Source: an uncultured Acidimicrobiales bacterium
Lineage (GTDB): Bacteria > Actinomycetota > Acidimicrobiia > Acidimicrobiales > VFJN01
Assembly (NCBI GenBank): GCA_963842015.1
Contig: CAWJFG010000026.1
Span: 33,779-97,778 of the forward strand
Length of the DNA stretch: 64,000 nt
Direction of reading: 5' to 3'
A model generated the notes under the pieces. That model did no database searches. It worked only from the letters and a program-made list of their open reading frames with translations, and had not been told where the DNA came from. Shown in pieces: positions 1-10,800 of the stretch (positions are counted from its first letter, which is position 1; every line of letters begins with the position of its first letter). The position numbers were made by a program, and so were the translations under genes.

Positions 1-99
1 GGCGGTGCCGGGGGCGTCGGTTCCGACGTCGAGCCGGCAGTTGCGGCACCGGAACGAACCCGGCGGGCGCCGGGACCGGTTGCGCGAGTCGCGCGCCAA
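1..99 (-). CDS. hypothetical protein, N-terminal fragment (gene runs off the left edge)
   Basis: TTG at 99-97 lies a few nt downstream of GGAGG (complement of 105-109). It encodes MARDSRNRSRRPPGSFRCRNCRLDVGTDAPGTA with G/C at nearly every third position and continues past position 1. The CxxC hints at a zinc ribbon. It is not in the ORF track because it is truncated. Confidence 0.3.
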   Translation of the reverse strand, partial: MARDSRNRSRRPPGSFRCRNCRLDVGTDAPGTA

Positions 100-385
100 G
101 GGGACCTCCGGAGATCACGGAAACGATCAGGACCGATCCGCGCGCCCGGGGGACGCCGTCTCAGGGCCCGCTCGTCACCGCGCCGGTGAGGTCACCGGGT
201 CGGACGAGGGGCGGACGGTCGCCGGCGGGCGCGCGACACCACCGTGGGAGTCATCGTGGTCATCGGTCACCACCTTCTCGGGCCGTCCTCGGGTGCCGCC
301 GGTCGGGGGCACCTCGTCGCCGGGTAGACCACCACCGGGGCGGACGGCGCGGCAAGCGAGTTTCCCGCGACACGTCCGCCCGCGT

Positions 386-1485
386 TCACGCCCCGTCGGT
401 CCGGCGAGGCGTGAAGACCGCCAGGCGGGTCCCGTTCTTGGCGATCTCGAAGCGGTCGGCGCCGTCGAAGGTCTCGCCGTCGCGAGCCAGCCGCAGGGGC
501 CCGTCCGCCGAGGCCACCGAGAGCGACGTGGTCCGCCAAGTCGAGAACACCCGACTGCGGCGCAGGGTGCCGGTCAGCACCGCGACCACGAGGCGCGTCC
601 GGCACAGCGGGTGGGTGGCGTCGACGATCCGCACGTCGAGCTGCCCGTCGTCCAGCCGCTCGCGCCACGTCGGCGCCATGCCGTCGGGCAGGTAGCGGCA
701 GTTGCCCACGAAGGCGAGCCACAGCGAGCGCCGCTCGCCGTCGATCTCGACGTCGACCGGCGTGCCGTGGCGCAGCACGCGAACGACGGCGACCGCCAGC
801 GCCGGCCACTTGCCGATGCGACCCTCGAGCTCCTCGCGGGCGTCGACCAGCTCGACGTAGCTGCCGAAGCTGGCGGTGTTGAGGAACGGCTCGCCCGCGA
901 TCCAGCCCACGTCGATCTCGGCGCCGTGGCCCGACCGCACGGCGTCGACGGCGTCGTCGACCGTCTCGACCCCGAGGTCGCGGGCGAGGTGGTTGAGCGT
1001 CCCGGCGGGGACCACCACGAGCGGGAGTCGATGCTCGATGGCGACGGCCGCGGCGGCGTTGATCGAACCGTCGCCCCCGGCGACGCCGAGCGCCCGGAAC
1101 CCGTCGGCCGCCAGGCGCTCGAGCGTGGCGGCGACGTCGTCGCCTTCGGCCAGCTCGACGATCTCGGCCCGCGGCAACCCGGTGCGCAGCACCTCGGCGG
1201 GCGACGGACCGGAGCCGATGGCGCCAGATCCCGGCCTTGGGGTTGACGACGATGCCGACCCCGTCGCCGTCGTCTCCCGTGCCGAGGTCGGTGTAGGAGC
1301 GGTGGGGGTGGACGTCCGCCGGCGACTTGGAGGCGACGGGCCACACGAACCGGGTGCACGACGCCGATCGCCGCCCCGGCGAGCAGCCGCCGGCGCAGCG
1401 TCGGATCGGAGCGGTGGCGCCGGCCGAGGCCGGCCAGCAGCAACGCCCGCGGCCACGCCGACGCCGGCGTGCTCCTGCGCGGCAC
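386..1485 (-). pseudogene. diacylglycerol/lipid kinase family protein (DAGK catalytic domain) with interrupted reading frame
   Basis: Frame 386..1456 carries GGDGS, VVVPAGTLNHLARDLG and the rest of a DAGK-type kinase. The expected N-terminal strand GIVVNPKAG sits in the 267..1592 frame and joins SGAIGSGPSPAEV only if one nt at about 1229-1232 is skipped. Upstream of about 1340 the coding-like GC3 moves to a third frame (candidate GTG 1485). Confidence 0.6.
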
Positions 1486-1710
1486 CCGTGACCGCAGCCG
1501 CGCCGGCCGCGGGCGCACCCGAACGGCGCCGCCGCGGCGGCGCCGAGCCCGGCGCGGAGCGCGCCGCGCCGGAGAAATCGTCCCGAGCCCATCGGCGACG
1601 ACCGTACCCCGGGTGCCGTCGCCGCCGATCCGTCCGGTCCCGTGGCCGCGTCCGCCGCGGCGACCGATCCGCCGTGCGGACCGGGCTGGGCGCGGCGCTA
1701 CCGTGCTGCC

Positions 1711-2385
1711 ATGACTGCCCTGGTCCCCGTCACCGGCAACCCCGAGGCCGACCAGCTCCTGACCGAGGACCCGCTGGCGCTGATGATCGGCATGCTGCTC
1801 GACCAGCAGGTCCCCATGGAGTGGGCGTTCGCCGGGCCGTTCACCCTGCGCGAGCGCATGGGCGGGCGACTCGACGCCGCGCAGATCGCGGCGACCGACC
1901 CCGGCGAGTTCGCCGCCATCTTCAAGGGCCCGCCGGCGCTGCACCGGTTCCCGGGCTCGATGGGCAAGCGCACGCAGGATCTCTGCCAGTTCCTCGTCGA
2001 CCACTACGGGGGCGACGCCGCGGGCGTGTGGACCGGGGTCGACGACGGGCGCGAGCTGGTGCGCCGGGTGCGGGCGCTGCCGGGCTTCGGGGGCGAGAAG
2101 TCCAAGATCTTCTCCGCGATGCTGGCCAAGCGGTTCGGCGTCCGCCCGGCCGGCTGGGAGGAGGCCACGGCGCCGTTCTCCGACGACGAGCCCCGCTCGG
2201 TCGCGGACATCGACTCGGCCGAGTCGCTCCAGCGCGTCCGCGCCTGGAAGAAGATGATGAAGGCGGCAGAAGAAGGCCAAGGCCGACTCGCCGTAGCGCC
2301 CGAACGGATGCCGGCGGATCCGCCGGTGGCCCGCCTGCCGGCGGATCCGCTCGACGGTCGAGCCGGTCAGCGGTGCAGGGCGTGA
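1711..2385 (+). CDS. HhH-GPD-type base excision DNA repair family protein
   Basis: ATG at 1711 (MTALVPVTGNPEADQLLTEDPLALMIGMLLDQQVPMEWAF...ALPGFGGEKSKIF) matches the conserved actinobacterial HhH-GPD-like family. The 3' end is uncertain: an alternative frame gives KKAKADSP-stop at 2294-2296. Confidence 0.75.
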   Translation: MTALVPVTGNPEADQLLTEDPLALMIGMLLDQQVPMEWAFAGPFTLRERMGGRLDAAQIAATDPGEFAAIFKGPPALHRFPGSMGKRTQDLCQFLVDHYGGDAAGVWTGVDDGRELVRRVRALPGFGGEKSKIFSAMLAKRFGVRPAGWEEATAPFSDDEPRSVADIDSAESLQRVRAWKKMMKAAEEGQGRLAVAPERMPADPPVARLPADPLDGRAGQRCRA

Positions 2386-3125
2386 CGCTGGCGGTCGAGC
2401 CAGCCGAGGAGGACCGCGATCGTCCGGGGATCGTGGCGCAGGGCGTGGCCGGCACCGTTGATGAGGCGCAGCTCGGCCGAGCCGTGGGCGTCGGCCAGGA
2501 CGCGTGCGTCGAACGACGGCACGACCTCGTCGTCGCTGCCGTGCACGACGAGCAACGGCCGGGGCGCGTACGACCCCACGCAGGCCACCGCCCTGATCGC
2601 CTTGAGCTCGCGCGACCAGGCGTCGACCGAGGGCGGGAACGCCCGGTCGGTGATCACCCCGACCTCGCGGCCGTGCTCCAGCAGGCGCCGGGGGTGCGAC
2701 GCCCAGTCGTCGAAGTCGCCCGGGGCCCCGAGGGCGGCCACGCCCTGCACACGGGGGTCGGCGGCGGCCGCGCACACCGCCAGCGACCCGCCGGTGCCGA
2801 AGCCGGCCAGCCAGATGCCGAGCGGGCGGATGGTGGCGTCGAGGTGGGCGACCGCGGCGGCGATGTCGTTGAGCCATCCGCCGAGCGAGAACTGGCCCTC
2901 GGACTCGCCGCACCCCCGGTAGGCGAACGCGAGCGCCGCCCAGCCCATCTCGGTGGCGATGCGGTCGGCCAGCTCGGGCATGGTCTCGGGCGCGGTCACC
3001 GCCGTGCCGGTCGAGGGGTAGCCGTGGCAGAGGACGACCGCGGGGACGGGACCGGTCGGCCGGCCCGGGGCGCGGGCCAGGTGGGCCGCGAGGGTCAACC
3101 CGTCGGAGCGGATGCGCTCCTCCAC
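2367..3125 (-). CDS. alpha/beta hydrolase
   Basis: 252-aa ORF with VVLCHGYP, a nucleophile-elbow-like GFGTGGS and a C-terminal GAGHAL histidine region. GC3 is high. GTG start at 3125. Confidence 0.8.
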   Translation of the reverse strand: MEERIRSDGLTLAAHLARAPGRPTGPVPAVVLCHGYPSTGTAVTAPETMPELADRIATEMGWAALAFAYRGCGESEGQFSLGGWLNDIAAAVAHLDATIRPLGIWLAGFGTGGSLAVCAAAADPRVQGVAALGAPGDFDDWASHPRRLLEHGREVGVITDRAFPPSVDAWSRELKAIRAVACVGSYAPRPLLVVHGSDDEVVPSFDARVLADAHGSAELRLINGAGHALRHDPRTIAVLLGWLDRQRHALHR

Positions 3126-3147
3126 GCCCGACGCCGCCTCCTGCCCG

Positions 3148-3396
3148 TCAGGCCGCGTCGGTGGCGTCGTCGACGCCGGCCGCGGCCCGTGCCGCCCGCG
3201 ACGACCGGGCCAGCCGGTACCCCCGGTTGCGCGCCTCGGCCACCGTGTCGGGCCCGAAGCAGATGAACGTCTCGGCCGACATCAGCTCGGCGACCGCCGC
3301 CTCGACCGTGTCGTCGGTGTTGTCGAGGTCGTACAGGACCTGCTTGCGCTTGTCGCCCACGTAGCGGTTGTGCTCGAACTTGGTCGGCCGCTCCAT
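3148..3396 (-). CDS. conserved hypothetical protein (82 aa)
   Basis: ATG at 3396 (MERPTKFEHNRYVGDKRKQVLYDLDNTDDTVEAAVAELM...). Third positions are almost all G/C. It lies directly upstream of the hydrolase on the same strand. I recognise no family. Confidence 0.6.
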   Translation of the reverse strand: MERPTKFEHNRYVGDKRKQVLYDLDNTDDTVEAAVAELMSAETFICFGPDTVAEARNRGYRLARSSRAARAAAGVDDATDAA

Positions 3397-5311
3397 GCGT
3401 GCGGACGGTACACCGGGCCGCGGTCCCGACCGCCAATCGTTGCGGGATTCCGGCGACGCGCCCGGCAGACTCAGCAGGCCATGGTCTCCCCCGATCCCGC
3501 GGCGCCGACCGACGCCGCCGACCCCGACGCCCACGTCCGAGGGCGACGACGCCGACCGACCGACCGCGTCCCTGTTCCGGCGGGGCGTCCGCCTGCTCTG
3601 GTACAGCGTCCGGTCGCACGCGCGCCCGTTCTCGGTGTCGATCTTCGGGTCGCTCGTCTACGGGACGATGGCGGTCGCGGGCACGTGGGTGCTGGGCCGG
3701 GTGACCGACGAGGTGGTCCTGCCGGCGTTCGACGAGGGCGTGTCGGGCGGGACCGTGGCCGTCGGCGCCGCCGCCATCGTGGGCGTGTCGCTGCTGCGCT
3801 CGCTCGGGGTGGTCGGCCGGCGCTACTACGGCATGAAGGCCCTGCGGGGGATGCAGCGCACGTGGTTCGGCCGCCTCACGGACACCTACCTGCGGGTGCC
3901 GCTCAGCTTCTTCGGCCGCCACCCCGCAGGGAGGCTCCTGGCCCACGCCGATGCGGACATCGAGCGGGCCGTGACGGTGCTGATGCCGTTGCCGTTCTCG
4001 CTGGGCGTGATCGTGCTCATCGGGCTGTCGATCGTGAGCCTGGCCCTCATCGATCCCCTGCTCATGCTGATCGGGCTGGCCCTGTTCCCGGCGCTCGCCC
4101 TCATCAACCAGGTGTACAGCCGGCGGGTGGAGGTCCCCGCGGCCACCACGCAGGCCCGCCTGGGCGAGGTCGCCTCCGTGGCTCACGAGTCGTTCGAGGG
4201 TGCGCTGGTGGTGAAGTCGCTCGGTCTGGAGGACCGCGAGGTCGACCGCCTCCGGCGCGCCGCCGACGGCCTGCGGACCGCCCGCCTGGGCGTCGGCCGC
4301 CTGCGGGCCACGTTCGAACCGGGGCTCGACGCCCTACCGAGCCTCGGGATGGTCGCGCTGGTGGCGGTGGGGTCGTGGCGCATCTCGACGGGCGCCATGT
4401 CGACGGGCGAGATGGTGCAGGCGGTGGCGCTGTTCGGCATCCTCACGTTCCCGATGCGCGTGGTGGGCTTCCTCCTCGAGGAGATGCCACGCGCCGTCGT
4501 GGCCGCCGACCGCCTCGACCTCGTGCTGGCGGCGCCGAGCCGCCCGCACCCCGCGCCCGACAGCGCGGTGCCCGTCCCCGCCGGCCCCCTCGCGGTGGAC
4601 GTGGACGGCCTGGGGTTCGGCTACGGGGACGACCGCGTCCTCGACGGCATCGACCTGGCCCTCGCTCCGGGCGAGGTGGTCGCCCTCGTGGGCGCGACGG
4701 GCTCGGGGAAGTCGACGCTGTGCCATCTCCTCGCCCACCTGTACCCGCCGGCGACCGGCACCGTCCGGCTGAGCGGGGTCGACCTGCGCCACGCGGAGCC
4801 CGACTCGATCCGGGCGCACGTGGCGCTGGCCTTCCAGGAGGCCTTCCTGTTCGGCGACACCGTGCGCGAGAACCTCACGCTCGGGCAGGAGGCGTCCGAC
4901 GACGACGTGCGGTGGGCGCTCGCCCGGGCGCGGGCCGACCGCTTCGTCGCCCGCCTCCCCCACGGGCTCGACCAGGAGCTGGGCGAGCGGGGCGTGACGC
5001 TGTCGGGCGGGCAGCGCCAGCGGCTGGCCCTCGCCCGGGCGCTGCTGCGCCGGCCGGGGCTGTTGATGCTCGACGACGCCACCTCCGCCGTGGATCCCAC
5101 GATCGAGCAGCAGATCCTCGAGGGTCTCCGCACGTCGCTGCACGCGACCACGCTGATCGTCGCCCACCGGGTGTCGACGATCGCGCTCGCCGACCGGGTG
5201 GTGTTCCTCGAGGGCGGCCGGATCGCCGCCCAGGGTTCGCACGCGGACCTGGTGGCGACGTTGCCGGCCTACGCCGCCCTGGCCCGCGCCTACCAGGAGG
5301 CGCCGGCGTGA
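3395..5311 (+). CDS. ABC transporter ATP-binding protein/permease (type I exporter half-transporter, first of a pair)
   Basis: Six-TM exporter domain followed by Walker A GATGSGKST, signature LSGGQRQR and Walker B LLMLDDATSAVD. The start is uncertain: ATG 3395, TTG 3440, or ATG 3481 in another frame joining near 3537. The stop overlaps the next gene start as GTGA. Confidence 0.85.
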   Translation: MRADGTPGRGPDRQSLRDSGDAPGRLSRPWSPPIPRRRPTPPTPTPTSEGDDADRPTASLFRRGVRLLWYSVRSHARPFSVSIFGSLVYGTMAVAGTWVLGRVTDEVVLPAFDEGVSGGTVAVGAAAIVGVSLLRSLGVVGRRYYGMKALRGMQRTWFGRLTDTYLRVPLSFFGRHPAGRLLAHADADIERAVTVLMPLPFSLGVIVLIGLSIVSLALIDPLLMLIGLALFPALALINQVYSRRVEVPAATTQARLGEVASVAHESFEGALVVKSLGLEDREVDRLRRAADGLRTARLGVGRLRATFEPGLDALPSLGMVALVAVGSWRISTGAMSTGEMVQAVALFGILTFPMRVVGFLLEEMPRAVVAADRLDLVLAAPSRPHPAPDSAVPVPAGPLAVDVDGLGFGYGDDRVLDGIDLALAPGEVVALVGATGSGKSTLCHLLAHLYPPATGTVRLSGVDLRHAEPDSIRAHVALAFQEAFLFGDTVRENLTLGQEASDDDVRWALARARADRFVARLPHGLDQELGERGVTLSGGQRQRLALARALLRRPGLLMLDDATSAVDPTIEQQILEGLRTSLHATTLIVAHRVSTIALADRVVFLEGGRIAAQGSHADLVATLPAYAALARAYQEAPA

Positions 5312-7278
5312 CGGCGCCCGACGACCTCGCACCCGCTCGCCCCGGTCCGGTCGAGCCGGGTACGACGGCCGCCGCGCTGCTGGCCGAGGAGCCCATCGAA
5401 CCGTCACCCGAGGACGCCGAGCCCCTCGCGGCGTCCCCCGACGAGCAGAGGCTCCTCGACGCGGGGGCGGTCGAGGTGCTCCGCCGTGGTCTGGCCGCCA
5501 CCCCCGAGCTGCGGCAGGGCATCTCGCTGACGCTCGTGATGGCCGTGGTCACCGCCGCCGGCAAGCTGGCGGTCCCGATCCTCATCCAGCAGATCCTCGA
5601 TCGCGGCGTGCTCGACGACGGCGGGTTCCAGCCAGGGTTCGTGTTCTCCGCCTGCGCCGCCGCCGCCGTGCTCATCGGCGGCCTCTACTTCGTGGGGCGG
5701 GCGACCTACCTGCGCCTCGTCCGGGCGGCCGAGACCAGCCTGCTCGCCCTGCGCGTGCGGGCGTTCGACCACATCCACCGGTTGTCGATGGCCGAGCACA
5801 ACGAGCATCGCCGCGGCGCGCTCGTGGCCCGGGTCACGAGCGACATCGAGACGCTGGCCCAGTTCATGGAGTGGGGCGCGGTGGCCTGGATCGTCGACAC
5901 GGTCCTCATCGTGGCCACGTTCACGGTCATGGCGGTGTACGAGTGGCGGCTCGCACTGATCGCCCTGGTCGCGTACCTGCCGCTCGTCGTGCTGATGCCG
6001 ATGCTGCAGCGCCGGCAGCTCGCCGCCCAGGACCGCGTCCGCACCGCGGTGGGCGAGTCGCTGGCCGAGGTGTCCGAGACGGTGACCGGCGCCGCCGTGA
6101 TCCAGGCCTACGGGCTCGAGGGTCGGGCCCGGACCCGGCTGCGGGCGGCCATCGACCGGCAGTTCCGGGCGTACCTCACCTCGGCCCGCTACTTCGCGGC
6201 GATGTTCCCGCTGGGCGACGTCTTCGGCGCCATCGCCATGGCCGCCGCCATCTCCGCAGGCGTCACGTGGGGACCCGGGTGGGGCCTCGACGTCGGGGTG
6301 GTCGTCGCGTTCACGTTCCTCGTCAACCTGCTGCTGATGCCGATCGCCGAGCTGTCCGAGATCCTCGACCAGACCCAGACCGCGCTCGCCGGTTGGCGGA
6401 AGGTCCTGGGGGTCCTCGCCACGCCGCTCGACGTCCCCGAACCCGCCGACGGGCGGGCGCTCCCGGGGGGCCCGCTCGAGGTCGTCGCCTCCGGTGTCGG
6501 GTTCGCCTATCGCGACGGGGTGCCGGTGCTGCGCGACGTCGACGTCCGGCTGCCGGCCGGACGATCCGTGGCGATCGTCGGCGAGACGGGCTCGGGGAAG
6601 ACGACGTTCGCCAAGCTGCTGTGCCGCCTGGCCGATCCGACGGCGGGCGAGATCCGGCTCGGGGGCGTGGACCTGCGGGAACTGGCCCCCGACGCCCGCC
6701 GGCGGGCGGTGCGGTTGGTGCCTCAGGACGGGTTCCTGTTCGACGCCACCATCGCCGAGAACGTGCGGATCGGGCGGCTGGGCGCGGCGCCGGCAGGCGG
6801 CGCCGGGACGCCCGGCCCGCCGTCCCACGACGGTGGGACGCCGGCCACCGACGACGAGGTGCGCGCCGCGTTCGGGGCCCTGGGCCTCGGCTGGTGGCTC
6901 GACGACCTGCCCCTCGGCCTCGCCACCCCGGTCGGCGAGCGGGGCGGGAACCTGTCGGTGGGCGAGCGCCAGCTGGTGGCGCTGGCCCGCGCCCAGCTCG
7001 GCGATCCGGGCCTGCTGGTCCTGGACGAGGCCACCAGCGCGGTCGACGCGGAGACCGAGCGAGCGCTGGCCGAGGCGCTGGAGCGCCTGTCGGCCGGGCG
7101 GACGATGGTGTCGATCGCACACCGCCTCTCGACGGCGGAGACCGCGGACCTCGTCCTCGTGTTCGACGACGGGCGGATCGTCGAGCGCGGGACGCACGCC
7201 GAGCTCGTCGCCGCGGGCGGGACCTACGCCGGCCTGTACGAGAGCTGGCTGGGCAACACCCGCGTCCCCGCCGAGTGA
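5308..7278 (+). CDS. ABC transporter ATP-binding protein/permease (second half-transporter of the pair)
   Basis: GTG 5308 overlaps the upstream stop (GTGA). TM domain, then Walker A GETGSGKTT, signature LSVGERQ and Walker B LLVLDEATSAVD. It lies inside the long 3112..7278 ORF. Confidence 0.9.
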   Translation: MTAPDDLAPARPGPVEPGTTAAALLAEEPIEPSPEDAEPLAASPDEQRLLDAGAVEVLRRGLAATPELRQGISLTLVMAVVTAAGKLAVPILIQQILDRGVLDDGGFQPGFVFSACAAAAVLIGGLYFVGRATYLRLVRAAETSLLALRVRAFDHIHRLSMAEHNEHRRGALVARVTSDIETLAQFMEWGAVAWIVDTVLIVATFTVMAVYEWRLALIALVAYLPLVVLMPMLQRRQLAAQDRVRTAVGESLAEVSETVTGAAVIQAYGLEGRARTRLRAAIDRQFRAYLTSARYFAAMFPLGDVFGAIAMAAAISAGVTWGPGWGLDVGVVVAFTFLVNLLLMPIAELSEILDQTQTALAGWRKVLGVLATPLDVPEPADGRALPGGPLEVVASGVGFAYRDGVPVLRDVDVRLPAGRSVAIVGETGSGKTTFAKLLCRLADPTAGEIRLGGVDLRELAPDARRRAVRLVPQDGFLFDATIAENVRIGRLGAAPAGGAGTPGPPSHDGGTPATDDEVRAAFGALGLGWWLDDLPLGLATPVGERGGNLSVGERQLVALARAQLGDPGLLVLDEATSAVDAETERALAEALERLSAGRTMVSIAHRLSTAETADLVLVFDDGRIVERGTHAELVAAGGTYAGLYESWLGNTRVPAE

Positions 7279-7300
7279 GGCGGATGGGCGCCGCCACGTC

Positions 7301-7762
7301 TCAGCCGGCGGAGGGAGCTCCCGGGTCGGCCGGGGGACCGACCGCCCCGATGGACGCCAGGTACCGGTGCAGGCCCGTGATGACCCGGTACACGTCCTCG
7401 TCGGTGACATCGAGCCCCAGCTCCTCGCCCCGGCCGAGCACGAACGCGACCGACTCGTCGTCGGCCAGCACCACGTCGGGCGTGTCGCCGTCGGGCAGCG
7501 AGACGTCGCCTCCGGGCCCGGCCAGGACGCCGGTGTTCTCGAGGTGGTCGAGCTCGGCGCGGATCAGCTCGCGCACCTCGTCGTAGGTCAGGCGAGCCTG
7601 GGCCTCGAAGGGCAGGTCGTCGGCCACCTGGGCGACGGCCTCGTCGAGGTCGAAGATCGTGGGCGGCGGTTGGTGGCCCAGCCGGAACGCCTCGCGGCCG
7701 ACCGTGACGGCGGCGATGACGAACACGAGCACGGCGGCGAGCACGGCGAACAACCAGACCAC
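7301..7762 (-). CDS. membrane-anchored hypothetical protein
   Basis: GTG 7762 (VVWLFAVLAAVLVFVIAAVTVG...) gives one N-terminal TM helix followed by an acidic soluble part. GC3 is high only from this point on; the upstream part of the 7301..8275 ORF is Arg/Pro/Ser junk. Confidence 0.6.
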   Translation of the reverse strand: MVWLFAVLAAVLVFVIAAVTVGREAFRLGHQPPPTIFDLDEAVAQVADDLPFEAQARLTYDEVRELIRAELDHLENTGVLAGPGGDVSLPDGDTPDVVLADDESVAFVLGRGEELGLDVTDEDVYRVITGLHRYLASIGAVGPPADPGAPSAG

Positions 7763-7856
7763 GGCCGAACGGTAACCGCCCCCGCGCGTCCCGCCGCCAG
7801 CCGGGCCGGGAGCACGAACGCCGCTCCCGCACCGCCACCGGCGCGATGATCGTGCG

Positions 7857-10800
7857 GTGCGCGGACAGAGCGCCGGTACGGCGTTCGTCGGGAGGTCGGG
7901 CGACCTCGAGGTCGTTCTCGACGCGTACGCGCGCGCCCAGGACGGCGAGGGCGCGGTGATCCTCGTCGGCGGCGAGGCGGGCGTGGGGAAGACGCGCCTC
8001 GTGGGCGAGGCCGGTGCCCAGGCCCGGCGCCACGGCGCCCGCGTCCTGGTCGGCCAGTGCCTCGACCTCGAGGAGGGAGGTCTGCCGTACGCGCCGCTGG
8101 TGGACATGCTCCGCACCCTCGACCGCGACCTGACGCCCGAGCAGGGAGCGGCCACCTTGGGTTCGCTGCGCGCCTTCCTCGGACGGGCGGGCGAGCCCGA
8201 CCCCGCCGGTGCTCCGTCGGGTTCCGGCACGGCCGGGCCCGCGCTCGCCGGGTCGGCCGGACCGACCGGACCCACGGGGCCCGCCGGTCAGGCTCGCCTG
8301 TTCGAGCTGCTCCTCACGGTGATCGAGCGGCTCGTGGCGGCCGGCCCGGTGGTGCTCGTGTTCGAGGACCTCCACTGGGCCGACCGCTCGACGCTCGACC
8401 TGGTCGCGCTCCTCGCCAGCAACACCCGCTCGCTGCCGGTGTGCACCATCGGCACCTACCGCAGCGAGGACGTCCCGCCGCGTCACCCGCTGCGGCAGCT
8501 CACGGCCGAGCTGACCCGCCGCGGGGCCCGCCACGTCGAGCTCGGCCGACTCGGTCCGGGCGATGTCGCCGAGCTGCTGGGCGCCCTGCTCGACGCGCCG
8601 CCGTCACCTGAGGTCGTCGCCAGCGTCGTCGATCGCTCCGACGGCAACCCGCTGTTCGTCGAGGAGCTGGCCGCCGGCCTCGCCGACGACCCGGGCGCAC
8701 CGATGCCGCCGCACCTGCGCGACGCCGTGGTCAGCCGGGTGGAACGGATGCCCGTCGGCGCCGCGGCCGTGCTGCGGGCGTGCGCCGTCGGCGGGCGCGA
8801 GGTCGAGCACGACCTGCTGGCCGACGTGATGGCCCTCGCCGGCGCCGCCGGCCGGGGCGCCGACCCCGCCGCGAGCGGCGATCCCGGCGCGCTCGACGGT
8901 GACCTGCGCGCCAGCGTCGAGTCCCGCCTGCTCGTCGCCGACCAGGGCCGGGGGACGTACCGGTTCCGCCACGCCCTCGTGCACGAGGCGGTGCTCGCCG
9001 ACGTGCTGCCGGGCGAGCTGCACCGCCTGCATCGGGCGTACGCGTCTGCGCTCACCGAACGCCAGCAGCGGGCGCCGGGCGCCGCGGCCGACCAGTGGTG
9101 GTCCCGCCTCGCCCGCCACTGGGCGGGGGCCGGGGAGTTCGACGAGGCCCTCGGCGCGGCGGTGCGGGCGGGACGCGCCGCCGAGGCCGGGTTCGCGGTG
9201 CCCGAGGCCCAGCGGTCGCTGGAGTGGAGCGTGCGCCTGTGGGACCGCGCCGCAGATCCCGAGGCGGCGGCCGCCTGCCGCCGCGACGAGCTGCTGGCGG
9301 CGGCCGCCGACGCCGCCAACCGCTGCGGGCTGGTCGTGCGGGCGTTGACGCTGGTCGACGAGGCCCTGGCGACGCCGGCGGTGGCCGACGATCCGGTGCG
9401 GGAGGGGCTGCTGCACGAGCGCCGCGGCTGGTACCTGTACCGCACGGGTCGCCCCGCCGACGCCCTCGCCGCCTACGAGCTGGCCGTCGATCTGGTTCCG
9501 GCGCGGCCGCCCTCCCCGGCCCGGGCCCGGGTCGTCCAGGCCCATGCGCACGCGCTCGTGCGGGTGGGTCGGGCCGACGAGGCGCGACCCCGAGCCGAGG
9601 AGGCGGTGGCGATGGCCCGCGCGGTCGACGATCGCGTCGACGAGGGGCAGGCGCTCCACGTCCTCGGCCTGGTCCTGGCCACCGAGGGGCGCACCGACGA
9701 CGCCATCGCCCTCCTGCACGAGGCGGGGCAGATCGCGGTGGGGCTGGGGGACCTGGCCGAGGTGGCGGGGGCCTACGTCCACCTGTGGCGCACGCTCGTC
9801 GAGGCGGGCCGCGGCGACGACCTGATCGATCTCGTGTTGGCCTTCGGCACCGGCCCGTCGGGCGGGGCGCAGAGCACGTCCCCGGCCCCCACGCTGACGG
9901 GCAGCATCGGCGCCGCTGCCCTCCACCAGCTCGGCCGGTGGGACGAGGCCGAGCAGCTGCTCGGGGACGGGGCGGCCGCGGCCGAGGTCGGCGGGCTGAC
10001 GGCCATCACCCGGACGCTCGTCGCCGGGGCCCTGGAGGTCGACCGGGGTGACCACGACCAGGCACGCGACGACCTCGAGATCGCCCGCGCCTGGTGCCAC
10101 CAGGTAGGCGACGGGCGGCTGAACGGCCTGCTGCACCGGGCGCTGGCCGAGCTGGCCGTCTGGCAGGGCCGAACGGCCGATGCCCGCCGCGAGGTCGACG
10201 CGGGCCTCGAGCTGCTGGCCCACACGGGCGACCCCGAGCTGGCCGCTCGCATCGCGGCCGTGGGCGTGCGGGCCGAGGCCGACGGGGCACAGGCCGGCGC
10301 CCGGATCGGACGCGTGCCGGGCACCGCGGCCGAGCGCCGGGTCGCGGATCTCGTCCGCCGCCTCGAGGGCTTCGCCGCCGCCGCGGAGGCCCGCAACGCA
10401 CCTCCCGACTCCGAGGCGACCGCGGCTCTCCTGTCGGGGCGGGCCGAGGCGTCGCGGCTGGCGGGCAGCGGCGACCCCGCGTCGTGGGCCGCGGCCGTCG
10501 CCGCGTGGGAGGCGATCGCCTTCCCGTACCCCGCCGCCTGCGCCCGCCTGCGGTTGGCCGAGGCGGCCCTCGGCGCCGGCGACGACACCACCGCCGCGAG
10601 TGCCCTGGCCGCGGCGTGGGACACCGCACGGGCGCTGCGGGCCCGGCCCCTCGAGGATGCGCTGAGCCGGCTGGCCCGGCGGGCCCGGGTCCCGCTCGCG
10701 GGCGTCGAGGCGACCGCCCCGGCCCAGACCGGCGACCGGGCGCTCACGCCCCGCGAGCGCGAGGTGCTCGGCCTGGTGGCGGCCGGGCGCACGAACCGCC

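Noticed and set aside
100-385. Short minus-strand ORFs downstream of the DAGK-like gene (for example VTDDHDDSHGGVARPPATVRPSSDPVTSPAR)
   Set aside because: They are under 50 codons with mixed third-position composition, no RBS and no recognisable motif. That is insufficient support.
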